DNA of 64,000 nucleotides from the human T2T-CHM13v2.0 reference genome, Homo sapiens. The notes beneath the pieces were generated by a model, which did no database searches, was not told the DNA's origin, and saw only the letters and a list, made by a program, of their open reading frames with translations. The first letter of the stretch is position 1. Each line of letters opens with the position of its first letter. The position numbers and the translations under genes are program-made. The stretch is from the NCBI RefSeq assembly GCF_009914755.1, contig NC_060940.1; one strand, 5' to 3'. Below are positions 1-17,362 of the stretch, piece after piece.

Positions 1-433
1 TGAAAACAAGTGAAAATGTAATCATACGCTCACTTATATATTAGGGTTTCACTTGTTTAAATGATCTGTAGGATTTTTTATTGTTCTAAGTGCCCAGTTT
101 AGGACTACAAGTGCCAAGACAATTATTCATAAGAACACTGCAGTGTTCATAAATAGTCAAAGTTGAAAATAAAAACATAAGCAGTTAAAGTATTTGTTAC
201 AGAATCAGGCCACTGCTTTCTCAGGATGATAATATGCTAACCTACTCAGTCAGATACACTGTTCTAGAGAGCATGCCTGTGATCGTCTGAGGAACGCTAC
301 GCCTACGCTTTAAAAATTATCACTAATAAAATGGAACTCCTTTATTTGCATTTCCACTCTTAAAAATACATTACTTTTGTTTAGTAAAAATGAAGTTCTA
401 TACAGAAATAAAATTAGACGTTTCAGAACTTTC

Positions 434-487
434 ATGCCATCAATGACTTTATATGCCATCAATGACTTCATATGCCATCAATGACTC
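434..487. repeat. 19-bp tandem repeat, about 2.8 copies (ATGCCATCAATGACTTYAT)
   Basis: Units start at 434, 453 and 472. Confidence 0.95.
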
Positions 488-1151
488 TTTGGTCCTACCA
501 ATTCCATTTAACTTTAATTGCTCTCAATGTAAAAGACCAAAATCTGTGCAAATCAGCAAAGGCAGGGTACCAACGGACCCAGGAACAGGCCCCACAACAC
601 TTTAGAGACAGTGGTAAACAATCTACCTTCCTTCTAGACCAAAACTGTGTTGGGCAACGTAGCAGGGGTGGCATTTTTCTGGGTGTAGTTAATATTAACC
701 TTTCTCTGAAGATATCATTAACTTTATTTTGCTTGGCACAAATGGTTTTTAAAGTGCATTCCTATTCATTATTTCATCATTGAGGACCTGACAAAATGAG
801 GCTGCGAGGGAAGACGCTATTGTCTGTATCACAGACAAGGCTAAGCTTAATACATTAATACATCATGGGGTCTGCTGAAGGTCATGGGGCTAAAAGCATA
901 AAAGGAGTGGCCAGAACTTCCCAAAGAGCAGCAAGTCACTATGGGAGAGATCCCATTAGGAAGGGGCTATGGTATCATTTTAAACTTGGTCATAAAATGT
1001 TTCTATTGATAAAGGGGAAGTTGAGATGGAAATCAGACTCTGAATGTTAAACTATTTTCAGCAGGACAATTGCACACGCTGCACTTCTAGCAGGGATGCA
1101 GTTTAGGGTCTGTCCTTCCCCCTTGCACCAGTGTTTCACTACACTGAACAG

Positions 1152-1186
1152 TATTAGGAATAAGCAGGCCAGGCTTATTCCTAATA
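1152..1186. repeat. Perfect 14-bp inverted repeat with 7-nt loop
   Basis: TATTAGGAATAAGC-aggccag-GCTTATTCCTAATA. Confidence 0.95.
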
Positions 1187-2296
1187 GAAAAGGCTTAGGA
1201 ACCTTTTTTGAGACATTTTTGTGTCAAAAGGATTTTTTTTAAAAATAGGATTTTGATGGGAGTTATTACTTATCTTGAATATGGATTTTTAAAAAAAACA
1301 TAGAAGAATTAAAACACATAACCATAAAACTCCAAAATTTTCAGGCCTGTGAACAAATAACAAAAAGCCTTCTGTCTTCTTTGAAGTATAGGACATAATT
1401 ACTCTGACCAAATGAGAGTAAAATAATAAAAAACGCCAAACCCCACTGTTGACGCTTATTATTTGAACCTAAAGACAAAGAACAGGCACAAACCTCTATC
1501 TTGGCCACAGAGAATCCAGCTGCTGGCTCATAAAATAGAGGCAACGTCACAGTTTGAGCAAGATTCCTGACCTGTGCCTCCACGCATGGTGCGCTCACAC
1601 TGCAGCGGCACATGGACACTTACACGCTGCGGTACAGATAAGCTGACTTCTCAAACAACTCCAAAACTACGCAAGCTGTATTTTGTGGGAAACCACAACA
1701 AAAAATACTATTCTCACTCTCTACCTATTTTAAGACAGGAGATCTATTCTTTAGCCATCTTCATATTCCAAAAGAATGGCAAGTATTTCTTAAGCAGATC
1801 CACCACTCACAAAACCCTGAAATGGCCATCTTATAATAGGAGGCAACAGAATCACATTCTTGAACTCAATTAAAACACCAGATCTCATTTTGTATCGTGC
1901 TGCTAGTGTAAAATTTAAAAATAAAGATCATGGACCCTTTTCCTCTGCCTTATAGGAAGCAGCACTCATGCAAGTCTTTCCATGAGACTGATCAGGCCAA
2001 ATTACCAGGCAAATATTTGCAGGTAGAATAGTAAAATCCACATTTTCTACTCTATGAACATCTTGAAAAAGGCATGTCAACCTTTATCAGAGTTACTCTC
2101 AACTTCAGACGCTTGCTTCTAGGGCTGCGTTTTAGAACGGGCAGGGCTGAAGAAATAACGTACCTAATCCAAGTAGTACGGCAAGACTTGGCTCTGAGGT
2201 TACAGTTTTTACACTGTAAAAGTACGCTTTATAACTAACTAAGAGGCCATGGGCCTAAGTGACTAACAAGACACTGAAACCGAGCCACTTTTTCTC

Positions 2297-2434
2297 TTTT
2301 TTTTTCTTTTCAAATAGAGATGGGGGTTTCTCTATGTCGCCAAGGCTGATAACATAACTCCTGGGCTCAAGTGATTCTCCCACCTCAGCCTCCCAAAGTG
2401 CTGGGATTACAGGCGTGAGCCACCACACCCGGCC
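2297..2434 (-). mobile_element. Alu monomer (FLAM-like)
   Basis: T-tail plus left-arm sequence ending cccggcc; degenerate TSD containing gccactttt. Confidence 0.85.
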
Positions 2435-2548
2435 TGAAATTGGGCCACTTTTTATTGGAACTTCAGGAAAGAAATAATGTACACAGACTATAACCAGATG
2501 AACGTGCCTTGCCCTAAGACATAATGCAGGATGCTGCTTGACGCTTAC

Positions 2549-2637
2549 CTATTCTGATAGCTGTAGTAGGCAGCATCGCGAGGAATGGTACACAGCTGCT
2601 TCCCATAGCAGCACAAAGTCTGTGGGGAAAACTCATA
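2549..2637 (-). CDS. CREBBP: CREBBP exon 19 (89 nt), start of RING/CH2 ([30 protein letters not shown])
   Basis: Translated by hand; acceptor tttttgcag|TAT, donor TAG|gtaagc. Confidence 0.97.
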
Positions 2638-3069
2638 CTGCAAAAATAAAGGAGAAATACTTTTATATAAAAATACATTCCATTTACTGTCTTATAATGT
2701 TCTAGTCTACTATAGAGACTAGTAAATTATTTCTGTTAGTATATTAGACAGTTTTCTAACAATTTTAGTAGCTTTAAAGACATTTTGGGATAGCATGTGA
2801 TAGAACTGGCTCTAAGAGACATTCACTACAGACAGGTACCACAGGCAGAGAGGGGCAGCCAGAAACGCTTCCCCATGGCCTCCCTCAGTAAGCGCCTGTA
2901 CACCCAGCTCTGATCACCCATCACATCGCTTCAGGCATCAACTGTGTCACCAGACAGCAGATTGCACATATGCACTCCCAGTATACAGGCGTGGTCTCAT
3001 ATTAGTATAACACCCCTCTGGCTGGATTAACCAGGAAAATTCACTTTCCGGAAAAACTTAAAACTGTAC

Positions 3070-3309
3070 CTTGCGTCCACAGCAATATCCAAGGGACTGC
3101 ATGACAGGGTCAATTTCCTGCTCAAAGACCTCTGCAAGCTTACTGCAAAACTTATAGACTCGGGATGTCTTGCGATTATAGAGCCAGGCATTGTTGAACA
3201 TGAGCCAGACGTCGTCCACGTACTGCCAGGGCTCTTGGTATTGCCCTGTGTCCAGCTTCCGCTTGATGGTGGAGAGGTCCATGGGATTCTTTACGATGTC
3301 AAAATAGTC
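3070..3309 (-). CDS. CREBBP: CREBBP exon 18 (240 nt, phase 0-0), bromodomain core (DYFDIVKNPMDLSTIKRKL...WLMFNNAWLYN...CCGRK)
   Basis: Acceptor (t)13aag|GAC, donor AAG|gtacag; ORF 3058..3282. Confidence 0.99.
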
Positions 3310-4114
3310 CTTAAAAAAAAAAAAATGGTCTCAGTATAGGGAATCCCCCAATATCCAAATGCCAGTCTCATCTGGCAGCTTTGTTTTAAAATAATAGAAA
3401 CAGAAAGCACCAAAATAACTTCCATTCCCAACAGTAAGAAATAGGAAATGAAAAGAAAATAACCTCTGACGCAACTGATTTTACTCACTAAAAGTGTAAT
3501 TAGTATTTTCAGGTATGATCACATTATAATACTCCAAAGGCAAAAGTAAAGAAAAATTGTTAAAAGATACTTCTAACAAAAAATTTTAAAAATAGATCTT
3601 TAATCCACTGAATTAAAATAGTGAACAAGTTTATCAAACAGTGTGTATTTCTAGATATTCACTCTTGATCCTAGCAAGCAAAATGAAATTACAAGACAAA
3701 TATAAACACAAAGCTAGTAATGACTGCTACATAGAATCGGCTGGGTCCCCATGGCCTTTGCAAGGCTATCCAGGAATATAAAAGAGAGAAGCCCAAATAT
3801 TTTTTTACAGTTCATGTTCACAAATTCTTTCAGACAAAAGTGACACAAGGCCCCAAATATAAAGTGAAGTCTCAGGGGCATGTGCTTCCCTTGCTTCAGT
3901 GCACCCCTCCTCCAAGGACCAGGGCTTCATGAACAGGTGAAATCAAACAAAATAAACACTTTCACTGATAACTGTTAACAGACAACAGTTTTTTATATTA
4001 GGAGAACAATCTTCAAGGCAGGGGGATTATTTTATCTAATTTCAAGAGATAAAACAATGGACACTCAGAAGTCACACCAGCAAAGTTATAATCTATTTTT
4101 ATGAATTAACTTAC

Positions 4115-4233
4115 TGGAATTCCGAGGAGCTGGGGATCTACAGGCTGCCGGAAAGGTAATGACTCTGGGTCCTGTCGATACAGTGCTTCTAGGGTTGGCA
4201 TGAGGGCCTGGCGTAACTCCTCTGGTTTAAAGA
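4115..4233 (-). CDS. CREBBP: CREBBP exon 17 (119 nt), bromodomain N-terminal part (IFKPEELRQALMPTLEALYRQDPESLPFRQPVDPQLLGIP)
   Basis: Translated by hand; acceptor tctctgcag|TCT, donor CCA|gtaagt. Confidence 0.98.
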
Positions 4234-4533
4234 CTGCAGAGAAAACATCAAGAAAAGACACTTTGTAAAAGGTGCTCAGATCCCTCCTACCTCACATTTA
4301 AAACGGAATCCTGGCTGCTGTGACATCCCAGCCACGATGCTCCTAAGGCACTCGAGGGGCTCTCGTCCATCACCGTTAAGGACTAAAGCTTCTGAAAACA
4401 CACTAGTGTCAGAACTGTGTTCAGCTTGTGAGGCAAAATACAACACTGGGAAGTTTGCTTCTTCCATGAAAGGTTTCCAACATTAAAAACTTGGCTGAAA
4501 AAGAAAGTAAAGCTAACTCCCAAATCTGTCTCA

Positions 4534-4859
<326 letters not shown>

Positions 4860-5344
4860 GACCATTTCATTGGAAGGGACCTTAAAAGATCCTCTGAGTA
4901 AAGTTTTTTATCCTTGGCTAAATTAAATTCAGGCCACTGGAGACAAACGGTTTTGAATCTCATAAATGTAAACAGTAATAGAGCTACAAAATAAAGCATT
5001 TTTATAAAAAGTTCCATATTGCTTACTCCCACATTTACTAATGCCAATTTCTCCAACCCCTCAGACACCTTACTGCCTACTACACTCTCTGTTTTCACTA
5101 ATACAAACATAAAATACTGGCTGCCAAATACATTCAAGATGGTACATTCATACAAACCCTCAACAAGTATGGGAACAGGTGCCAGGGAAGCTGTTCGGTG
5201 TGGGAGGCCGGCCAGTCAGCAGTCAGCGTGTCACGACCCCACCTGGCTCATGTTCACTCACACAGAGAAGAAACTGGAGGCAAAGATGTCTCAGGCATTC
5301 TGATGCCTTAGCTTATAAGTGATGTATTTTTTCTTGGTGTTCTT

Positions 5345-6518
<1,174 letters not shown>

Positions 6519-7160
6519 TGAAAAGATTTCTTACAACAGGTAAGTGGTAAACTGTAATTTAAAAATCAGATTAAAATATGGTAAACATTTAAAGTTCCAG
6601 TTGGGAAGCGGCAAGCATCAGGTACATGGACCTGCCATCAATTCTGTGTGGGGTGGGGATGGTCTAACTTGACAAATTCTGGAAAGCGTCATCTGATTCC
6701 TAACTGGTGAAAGCAAAAGTTAAAAGTTGGAAGGAAAAACCCATGTGTTTAACAGGCTCACTTTAGAGATGAAAACAGGCGCACCAAGAACATGCCTCAG
6801 GGCTCATTTCCATCAGAGCCCAGGATACAGACTCTTGACCAACCTCCGCAGACACCGCCTCCTCTCCAGGGCACGTGGCTGCTTCAGACCTCTGACAGCA
6901 GCCTGAGGTCCGGGCAACCAGGTAAAAACCCCGACGCAGCACTCCCCACGCACACGGTCCCCAGCACTTGAAGGTGCAAAGGCCTGGTCCAGGGTGCAGA
7001 CGTGCCCTTCACAGTGGGAAGCGTCGGAAACACACAGCCTTGCTTCCTACTAACTCCTTTCTTCTGTTTTATGCACAGACGAAGCAGCATTTGCTAGTCT
7101 TTGAATAACTTTTTATGAGAAAACAATTATGTAACAAATAGCCTTTTGATTTCTCTGAAT

Positions 7161-7502
7161 GAGGGGTTGGCAAATTATGACCAAGAGGCCAAATGTGGCC
7201 AGCTGCTTGCTTTTCTGTATGGCCCAAGAGCTAACAATGGATTTCACATTGTTTAATGTTTGGCAGAAGAAAAAGAAAAGAATACTATTTCATGACATGT
7301 GAAAATCACACAAAATTCAAGTGTTAGTCTCCAAAAATACAGCTTTATTGGCACATAGCTGTGCTCATTCGTTTATATAGGATCTGTAGCTGCCTCCGTG
7401 CCACAGTGGCAGCACTGAGGAGTGGTAACAGAGGCCTCAGGACGCACAAAGCCCACAGCGTGGATCACTGGGCCTCTGCACGGAGAAGGCCTGCAGACCC
7501 TG
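7161..7502. mobile_element. MER58B (hAT-Charlie MITE)
   Basis: aggggttggcaaa...gacccctg termini; about 340 bp; internal tttattggcacatagc. Confidence 0.75.
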
Positions 7503-7617
7503 TCACCGCCCCAGTGGTAATCGGGAGTGACAGGGCCTGAAACAAGTGTCACTTTGGTTGATCATTTATTCATTCATTAAATAACTATTCAAATTCCGTG
7601 CTGAGGAGAGCATTTTC

Positions 7618-7741
7618 TTTCCTTTTTTTTTTTTTTTTTTTTTGAGATGGAGTCTCGCGCTGTCACCCAGGCTGGAGTGCAGTGGTGCAATCTCGGCCCC
7701 CAAAGTGCTGGGATTACAGGCGTGAGCCACGGTGCCTGGCC
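7618..7741 (-). mobile_element. Internally deleted Alu with intact 15-bp TSD
   Basis: TSD GAGGAGAGCATTTTC at 7603-7617 and 7742-7756; arms fused at CTCGGC. Confidence 0.92.
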
Positions 7742-7934
7742 GAGGAGAGCATTTTCAGACTCCTGTCTTCACCAGCACCTTTCTGTAAGAAGATCCCATA
7801 TGTGCAGAAGTGAAGTCAGGAGTGTATGTGAACTGCGCCGCTCCCCTCCTCTGGCCCGAGGACCTGCTCCACGCGGCAGGGCTGTTGCAGCGCACCAGCA
7901 TCTCCCAAAAACGCGGCTCTCGAGCCCTTGGAGG

Positions 7935-8375
<441 letters not shown>

Positions 8376-8430
8376 CTAGGCCCTTCTATGTGCTGTAAGA
8401 TGAAAACTATTTCACCAAAACTGAAACCAA

Positions 8431-10537
<2,107 letters not shown>

Positions 10538-10911
10538 GCCTGGTACATGTCTTTTATTCTGTGTGATGAAACATTCTGCCTATCTCCTCACACAGAATAA
10601 AAGATGTGCGCTGCATAGGCACAGTGGCCACATCAGGAGGCAGTACTTGGGCAAGTGTTGGAATTTACAGCTGAAGTAGCTGCTTGCCCTCGTGGAGCAC
10701 ATTAAAACTTTCAGGAATGACTGAGAGATAAGCTATAGTTACTAAGCTCTGGTTATATGTCAGACATTTTCTCAGAAATGAACAAAGAGGGCCAGTTACT
10801 TCAAGGACAACTGACAGTATTTGTTGCCAATGCTAAAATTTGGGCTTTCATAAAAAAATCAAATGCTTTGGAAAACTTGTACATGGGCTTCACAGCTTCT
10901 CAAAATTTATT

Positions 10912-12085
10912 ATTAGTATTATTTTTTGAGACAGGGCCTCACTCTGTCACTTAGGCTGGAGTACAGTGACATGATCAAGGCTCAGTGCATCTTTGACCTC
11001 CCAGGCTCAGGTGATTCTCCCACCTCAACCTCTCGAGTAGCTGCAGCTACAGGCATGCACTACCATACCCAGCTAATTTTTTTTTAATAGAGATTAGGTT
11101 TCGCCATGTTGCCTAGGCTGCTCTCGAACTCCTGAGCTCCAGGCTAGAGTGCAGTGGTGCAATCATAGACCCTGAATTCCTGGGCTCAAGCAATCCTTCC
11201 CCCTCAGCCTCCCAAAATGCTGAGATTACGGGTGTGAGCCACCATGCACGCCCTGCTTTTCTAAGTTGGTAAGACTTGTTTGAAGAGACTGATGGTGGTA
11301 TTAACAAATGTTGATTTTTTTTTGACACTGTATAGTGAAATATGTCAACATATGGAAAATCTGCAGAACTTAAGTGTCAATTGAAAAAAAAATCATGCAA
11401 GCACAAAAGATCCATTCCAAGTACAAGATGGATCAATGGATTCTAATGTCACAGACTATGAAAAATCCAGTGCTATAGATTCTGGTTCAATGTCGCAACT
11501 AACCTTTAAGAAACCTTCACTGGCTGAATTTTGGTATAGTATCAAAGAATATCCACAATCAGCTGAAAGGGCTACGAAAATACTTCTCCCTTTACCAACT
11601 ACAGGATTTTCTTCATACACTTCAACCAAAATAACCAATCACAACACAGTAAATGCAGAGGCAGATACCCTTAATAACGCCACTATTCTTACTTATTTTT
11701 GTTTTGGAAAAATTGTTTTTCATATAAATGTTTTCTATGGGTGCCATGTAACAGACTATTTTAAATGAACTAAATATTTAAAAATTTTTCTCTTTTTTTT
11801 TTTCAGACAACAATCTCACTTTTGTCTCCCAGGCTAGAGTGCAGTGATGTGATCTGGGCTCACTGCAGCCTCAAACTCCTAGGCTCAGGCAATCCTGCCG
11901 CTTCCGCTTCTCGAGCAGCTAGAATTATAGGCGTGCACCACCACACTTAGCTAGTTTTATTTTAGTTTTGTAGAGATGGAGCCTTGCTATGTTGCTCAGG
12001 CTGGTTTTGAACTCCCAGCATCAAGCAAGCCTCCCATCTCAGCCTCCCAAAGTGCTGGGATTACAGGTGTAAGCCACTGTACTCA
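10912..12085 (-). mobile_element. Two AluJ-type elements (about 10912-11255 and 11790-12085) within Charlie1
   Basis: Diverged Alu dimers. Confidence 0.85.
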
Positions 12086-12981
12086 AATTTCTCAACTTTA
12101 GTTTCCAGTAGAGTAAGCAATGATAGATAATCCACACAACAACTCTCTGGGGCCCTCAATTTCTAAGAGTATAAAGAGCCCTGAGATTCACTGTACTCCA
12201 CACTCTCCAGGGTCCCTTCCAGCTGCAGAGTAACATGGTCTCAGTCTCTAACATTTCTCTGCAATCTTTCCCAAAAGTGTCATCTGCAGCCTTGGACTTT
12301 CTGAGTCCTGTCTCCCATTTCTAAGGTTCACTTGACAATTTTCTGATACCCTGTTATCTCTTTACTGTGGATACATCTCAAATGGATTCCATCCAACTTC
12401 CACTGTGAGGCGGGCTTACCTCACACATCTCAGACCCCAAAGATGCCTAACCTACCCCTCCCCCATGTCTCACTACACAGGGTCCCTAGGCGCCACCCTG
12501 CCCCTCACTCTGCATGCTCAGCTTCCTCACTGCACCTGCAGAAACCTTCTGCCTCCAAGTCACCCTGTGCTGTCATAATGACCATCTTCCTTAAATTATG
12601 GCTTTTTTGGTTATTCTCCTACTCACATACATCACTGGTTCTTTATACTTTTATGAGTAAAGCCAAGCTCCTTAACCTGCTCAAGGACCCAGACACATTT
12701 CAACTCGGCCCCTGCCAGCACCATCAGAAGACAGCTCTGCAGCCTGGGTGCCCTCGGAGCAGCAGCTCATCTCTCACTCCTGCCATGAGCCCCACAGGCA
12801 CAGGGCAGGGGTCCTGCTCAGCCTGAGTGTTTCTGCAGGGGAAAGTCTGGGGAATGGCAGGCAAGAAAGGTAAAAGGGCAGATAGAATTATGTTTCTACT
12901 TTAGCTTTTAATCCTCCACATGGAATCCTAACACCGTGGAAAAGCAGCATGCTTTAATAAGGTAATGAATAAATGGCCTAC

Positions 12982-13171
12982 TTTTTTTGCGCGGCTGCGA
13001 AGGAGATGTTGACTGAGAGGCTGTGCCGTTACTGCTACTCTCTTCTTCCTCTTTAACTTCTACTTTCACTTCAGGTTTCTTTTCATCCACTTCCATTGGT
13101 TCTGATTTCTGCTCTGCTATGTCTGTTTCTTCTTTAACTTGGGAAGCTCCTTGCAAATCCTCCTCCATCAT
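12982..13171 (-). CDS. CREBBP: CREBBP exon 16 (190 nt), CRD1 region with SUMO consensus motifs VKEE, VKVE and VKEE
   Basis: Acceptor tttctcaag|ATG, donor AAA|gtaggc; ORF 12908..13171. Confidence 0.97.
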
Positions 13172-13393
13172 CTTGAGAAAAACATTACAGATAACATATG
13201 AATATCAAACACCTTTATGTTACCGCAACCTCACGGGAAGACTCTTACAAGCCTAAAACAGGTTTGTTAAAACCTTCCTCTAGTCAGAGTTGCATTTATG
13301 ATTCCTCTTCTCTTCCGGAAGAAGAAATAAAGTACTTGGTGTTCATTAAGTCGCTTCAGCACAGAGTCAGTGCAATTATGGTCCTAAATTTAA

Positions 13394-13711
<318 letters not shown>

Positions 13712-13879
13712 TAATTTAAAAGTTTTTAAATGTAAAACTGCTTTAAAAATTGCACATACTCAGATTTTTCACTACAGATATTTCTAATTTGGAATAAAAA
13801 TCTCCTTGAAAGTTGGGGCAGGGACCAAAAGTCCTTCTCAGAGGCAGGTGTGGTATGAGACAGGAAGGAGCAGTGGGGA

Positions 13880-14091
13880 CTGTGGCTAATTGGAGAGCCC
13901 ACTACAGTTGGTGCTCACAACCAGACTGCTGTCACACAGGGATGCAGGCACAATGCTGAAAGCATCTCATTTTTCAAGAAAAGCCAGAAATCTAGAGTTT
14001 TATTTGCAATTTCCTGATTTTTAAGGTATTGTGTGGGCCAAACACATTTAGAGGCTGGATCCAGCCCACGGTCTGCCAGCTTTCAGCTTCT
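13880..14091. mobile_element. MER103C-like hAT fossil
   Basis: atttttcaagaaaagccagaaatctagagttttat...gtgggccaaacac...cagcccacgg. Confidence 0.6.
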
Positions 14092-14438
14092 GCCATAGGT
14101 TAATTAGTAAATGAATCCACCACCCCTTCTGTAGTCTACCTCTGCAGAACTAGAAATGAATGGAGAACATAAAATAAAAGGCTGTTGGATGATTCAAGTA
14201 TTTCAAATATAAGCCAGTATTCTTCATTTCGGGCAAAATAAACCCACCCCTCATATTTAAAAATGAAAAACCAAGCTGTTTTCAATCAATTTCCTATACA
14301 CCAAACCCCGAACCCACATTCAAACAGAATATTTTAACTAAAGTCAGGGATACCCATGGCAGGCTCCAAGCCTCGCCCGAGGACACCTGGGTAAAGTTGC
14401 GATACGCAGTCAATGCATTCCTAGGGAGCGGCACCCAC

Positions 14439-14618
14439 CTCAGACCTGGGCTCCCCTTTGGATTCACCAGGATCGGGCTCAGTGTCCTCTGCTTGGGTCT
14501 CCGTCTTCATTTCCAGCACAGGTACGTCAGGTCCTGGCTGCTGGGAATTGGTTTCTGCGCTGGCCACCGAGGAGGGGGTAGGGACTCTGTTATCAATGCT
14601 GGCTGCTGCCTGGGAAAG
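14439..14618 (-). CDS. CREBBP: CREBBP exon 15 (180 nt), LSQAAASIDNRVPTP...GEPRSE, contains the SUMO consensus MKTE
   Basis: Acceptor tttttcacag|CTT, donor GAG|gtgggt; ORF 14421..14663. Confidence 0.97.
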
Positions 14619-14995
14619 CTGTGAAAAAACCGAAAGCACTGACTTCAGTAAGCAAGGTAACATAAATGATCTTCAACTATGCTGCTCATGCAACCTACAA
14701 TTTCCCATTAACATTTCTCAATACTGATCCAGCAGGTGCCCTTCTGTGAAACCGAAGAACAGGGGTTAAAGTAGGAATGAGTTCTAGAGGGAGGTAACAG
14801 CAGCCAGAGGTACAACTCAGGTCTTGCCACAAAGGCAGAGGAAACAGCAGAGCTTTTCAAACTTTGACATAAATTTATTTTCTCGAAGTTTTCTAGCTAA
14901 ATCATGAAATCTCATATTTTGAAATTAATTCCCTTCAATATGGTGGTTAATGTGTATGGTAAAAGGCTGAATTATGAATGCCTAAGCACATCTGA

Positions 14996-15760
<765 letters not shown>

Positions 15761-15834
15761 TGACACACAATTTTTATGGGAAAATTATCTTCTAAGAGTC
15801 TTGGCCCAAAAACAGCAGAGACAGAGAGGCTTAC

Positions 15835-16251
15835 CGGTGTGCCAGGAGGCTGGGCGTGCACAGGCGTCGGCTGTTGCTGCGATGACTGAGGGGTAGCCAC
15901 AGACGGGGGCTGAACTGGGGTTTGAGGCTGCGGGGTCACCTGGGCCTGGGCTGCTGCCTGGACTGTAGGGGTGCTCTGGGTTTGGGTAGCACTGGGCACT
16001 GAGCCAGGAGTCGGGGTGGGAGTCTGCCCGGAAGACGACACAGGAGTTGATGGCTGAGTGGGAGCTGCTGGCTGGGGAGGAGTCATCCCAGGTGGTGTCG
16101 TGTGCTGGAGAGATGGCATGCCAGCAGCCGTGGAAGCAGGAGGCGGTGTTGGGTGCAGTGGTGACTGTGTCACTGGAGGGCAAGGTAGCTGGCTGGCCTG
16201 AGGCCCCAGCATGTTGAGAGGGTTAGGAAGAGCAGCACCAGGCACCTGTCC
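15835..16251 (-). CDS. CREBBP: CREBBP exon 14 (417 nt), P/Q/T-rich disordered linker
   Basis: Acceptor tctggtag|GGA, donor CCG|gtaagc; ORF 15733..16245. Confidence 0.97.
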
Positions 16252-16325
16252 CTACCAGAAATGGACAGAGTATGGTAAAATTATTTCCCCCGTTTGAAAA
16301 TGTGATGAAACATTTGAAAAATTAA

Positions 16326-16679
<354 letters not shown>

Positions 16680-16809
16680 TGAAAATTCATCGAGCTATAC
16701 ACTTGTAATGGGCACTCCTCAATAACGGTAAAACTACACACGTTTCTTATAGTCTGATTTATATAATTAAAACAACCATTGAAACTTATGGCTTAAACAC
16801 ACACATCTA

Positions 16810-17362
<553 letters not shown>

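Noticed and set aside
434-487. Short direct repeats that might suggest a CRISPR array
   Set aside because: Head-to-tail with no spacers, in a eukaryotic intron, with no cas genes
1618-1904. Strong-looking donor CGT|gtaagt at 1624 with a possible acceptor at about 1902
   Set aside because: The acceptor pairing is arbitrary and AT-rich, and isolated consensus donors are common in introns
12414-12545. Donor GAG|gtaagc at 12420 with acceptor tttctgcag at 12536
   Set aside because: Poor pyrimidine tract within degenerate L2-like sequence; likely a pseudo-exon
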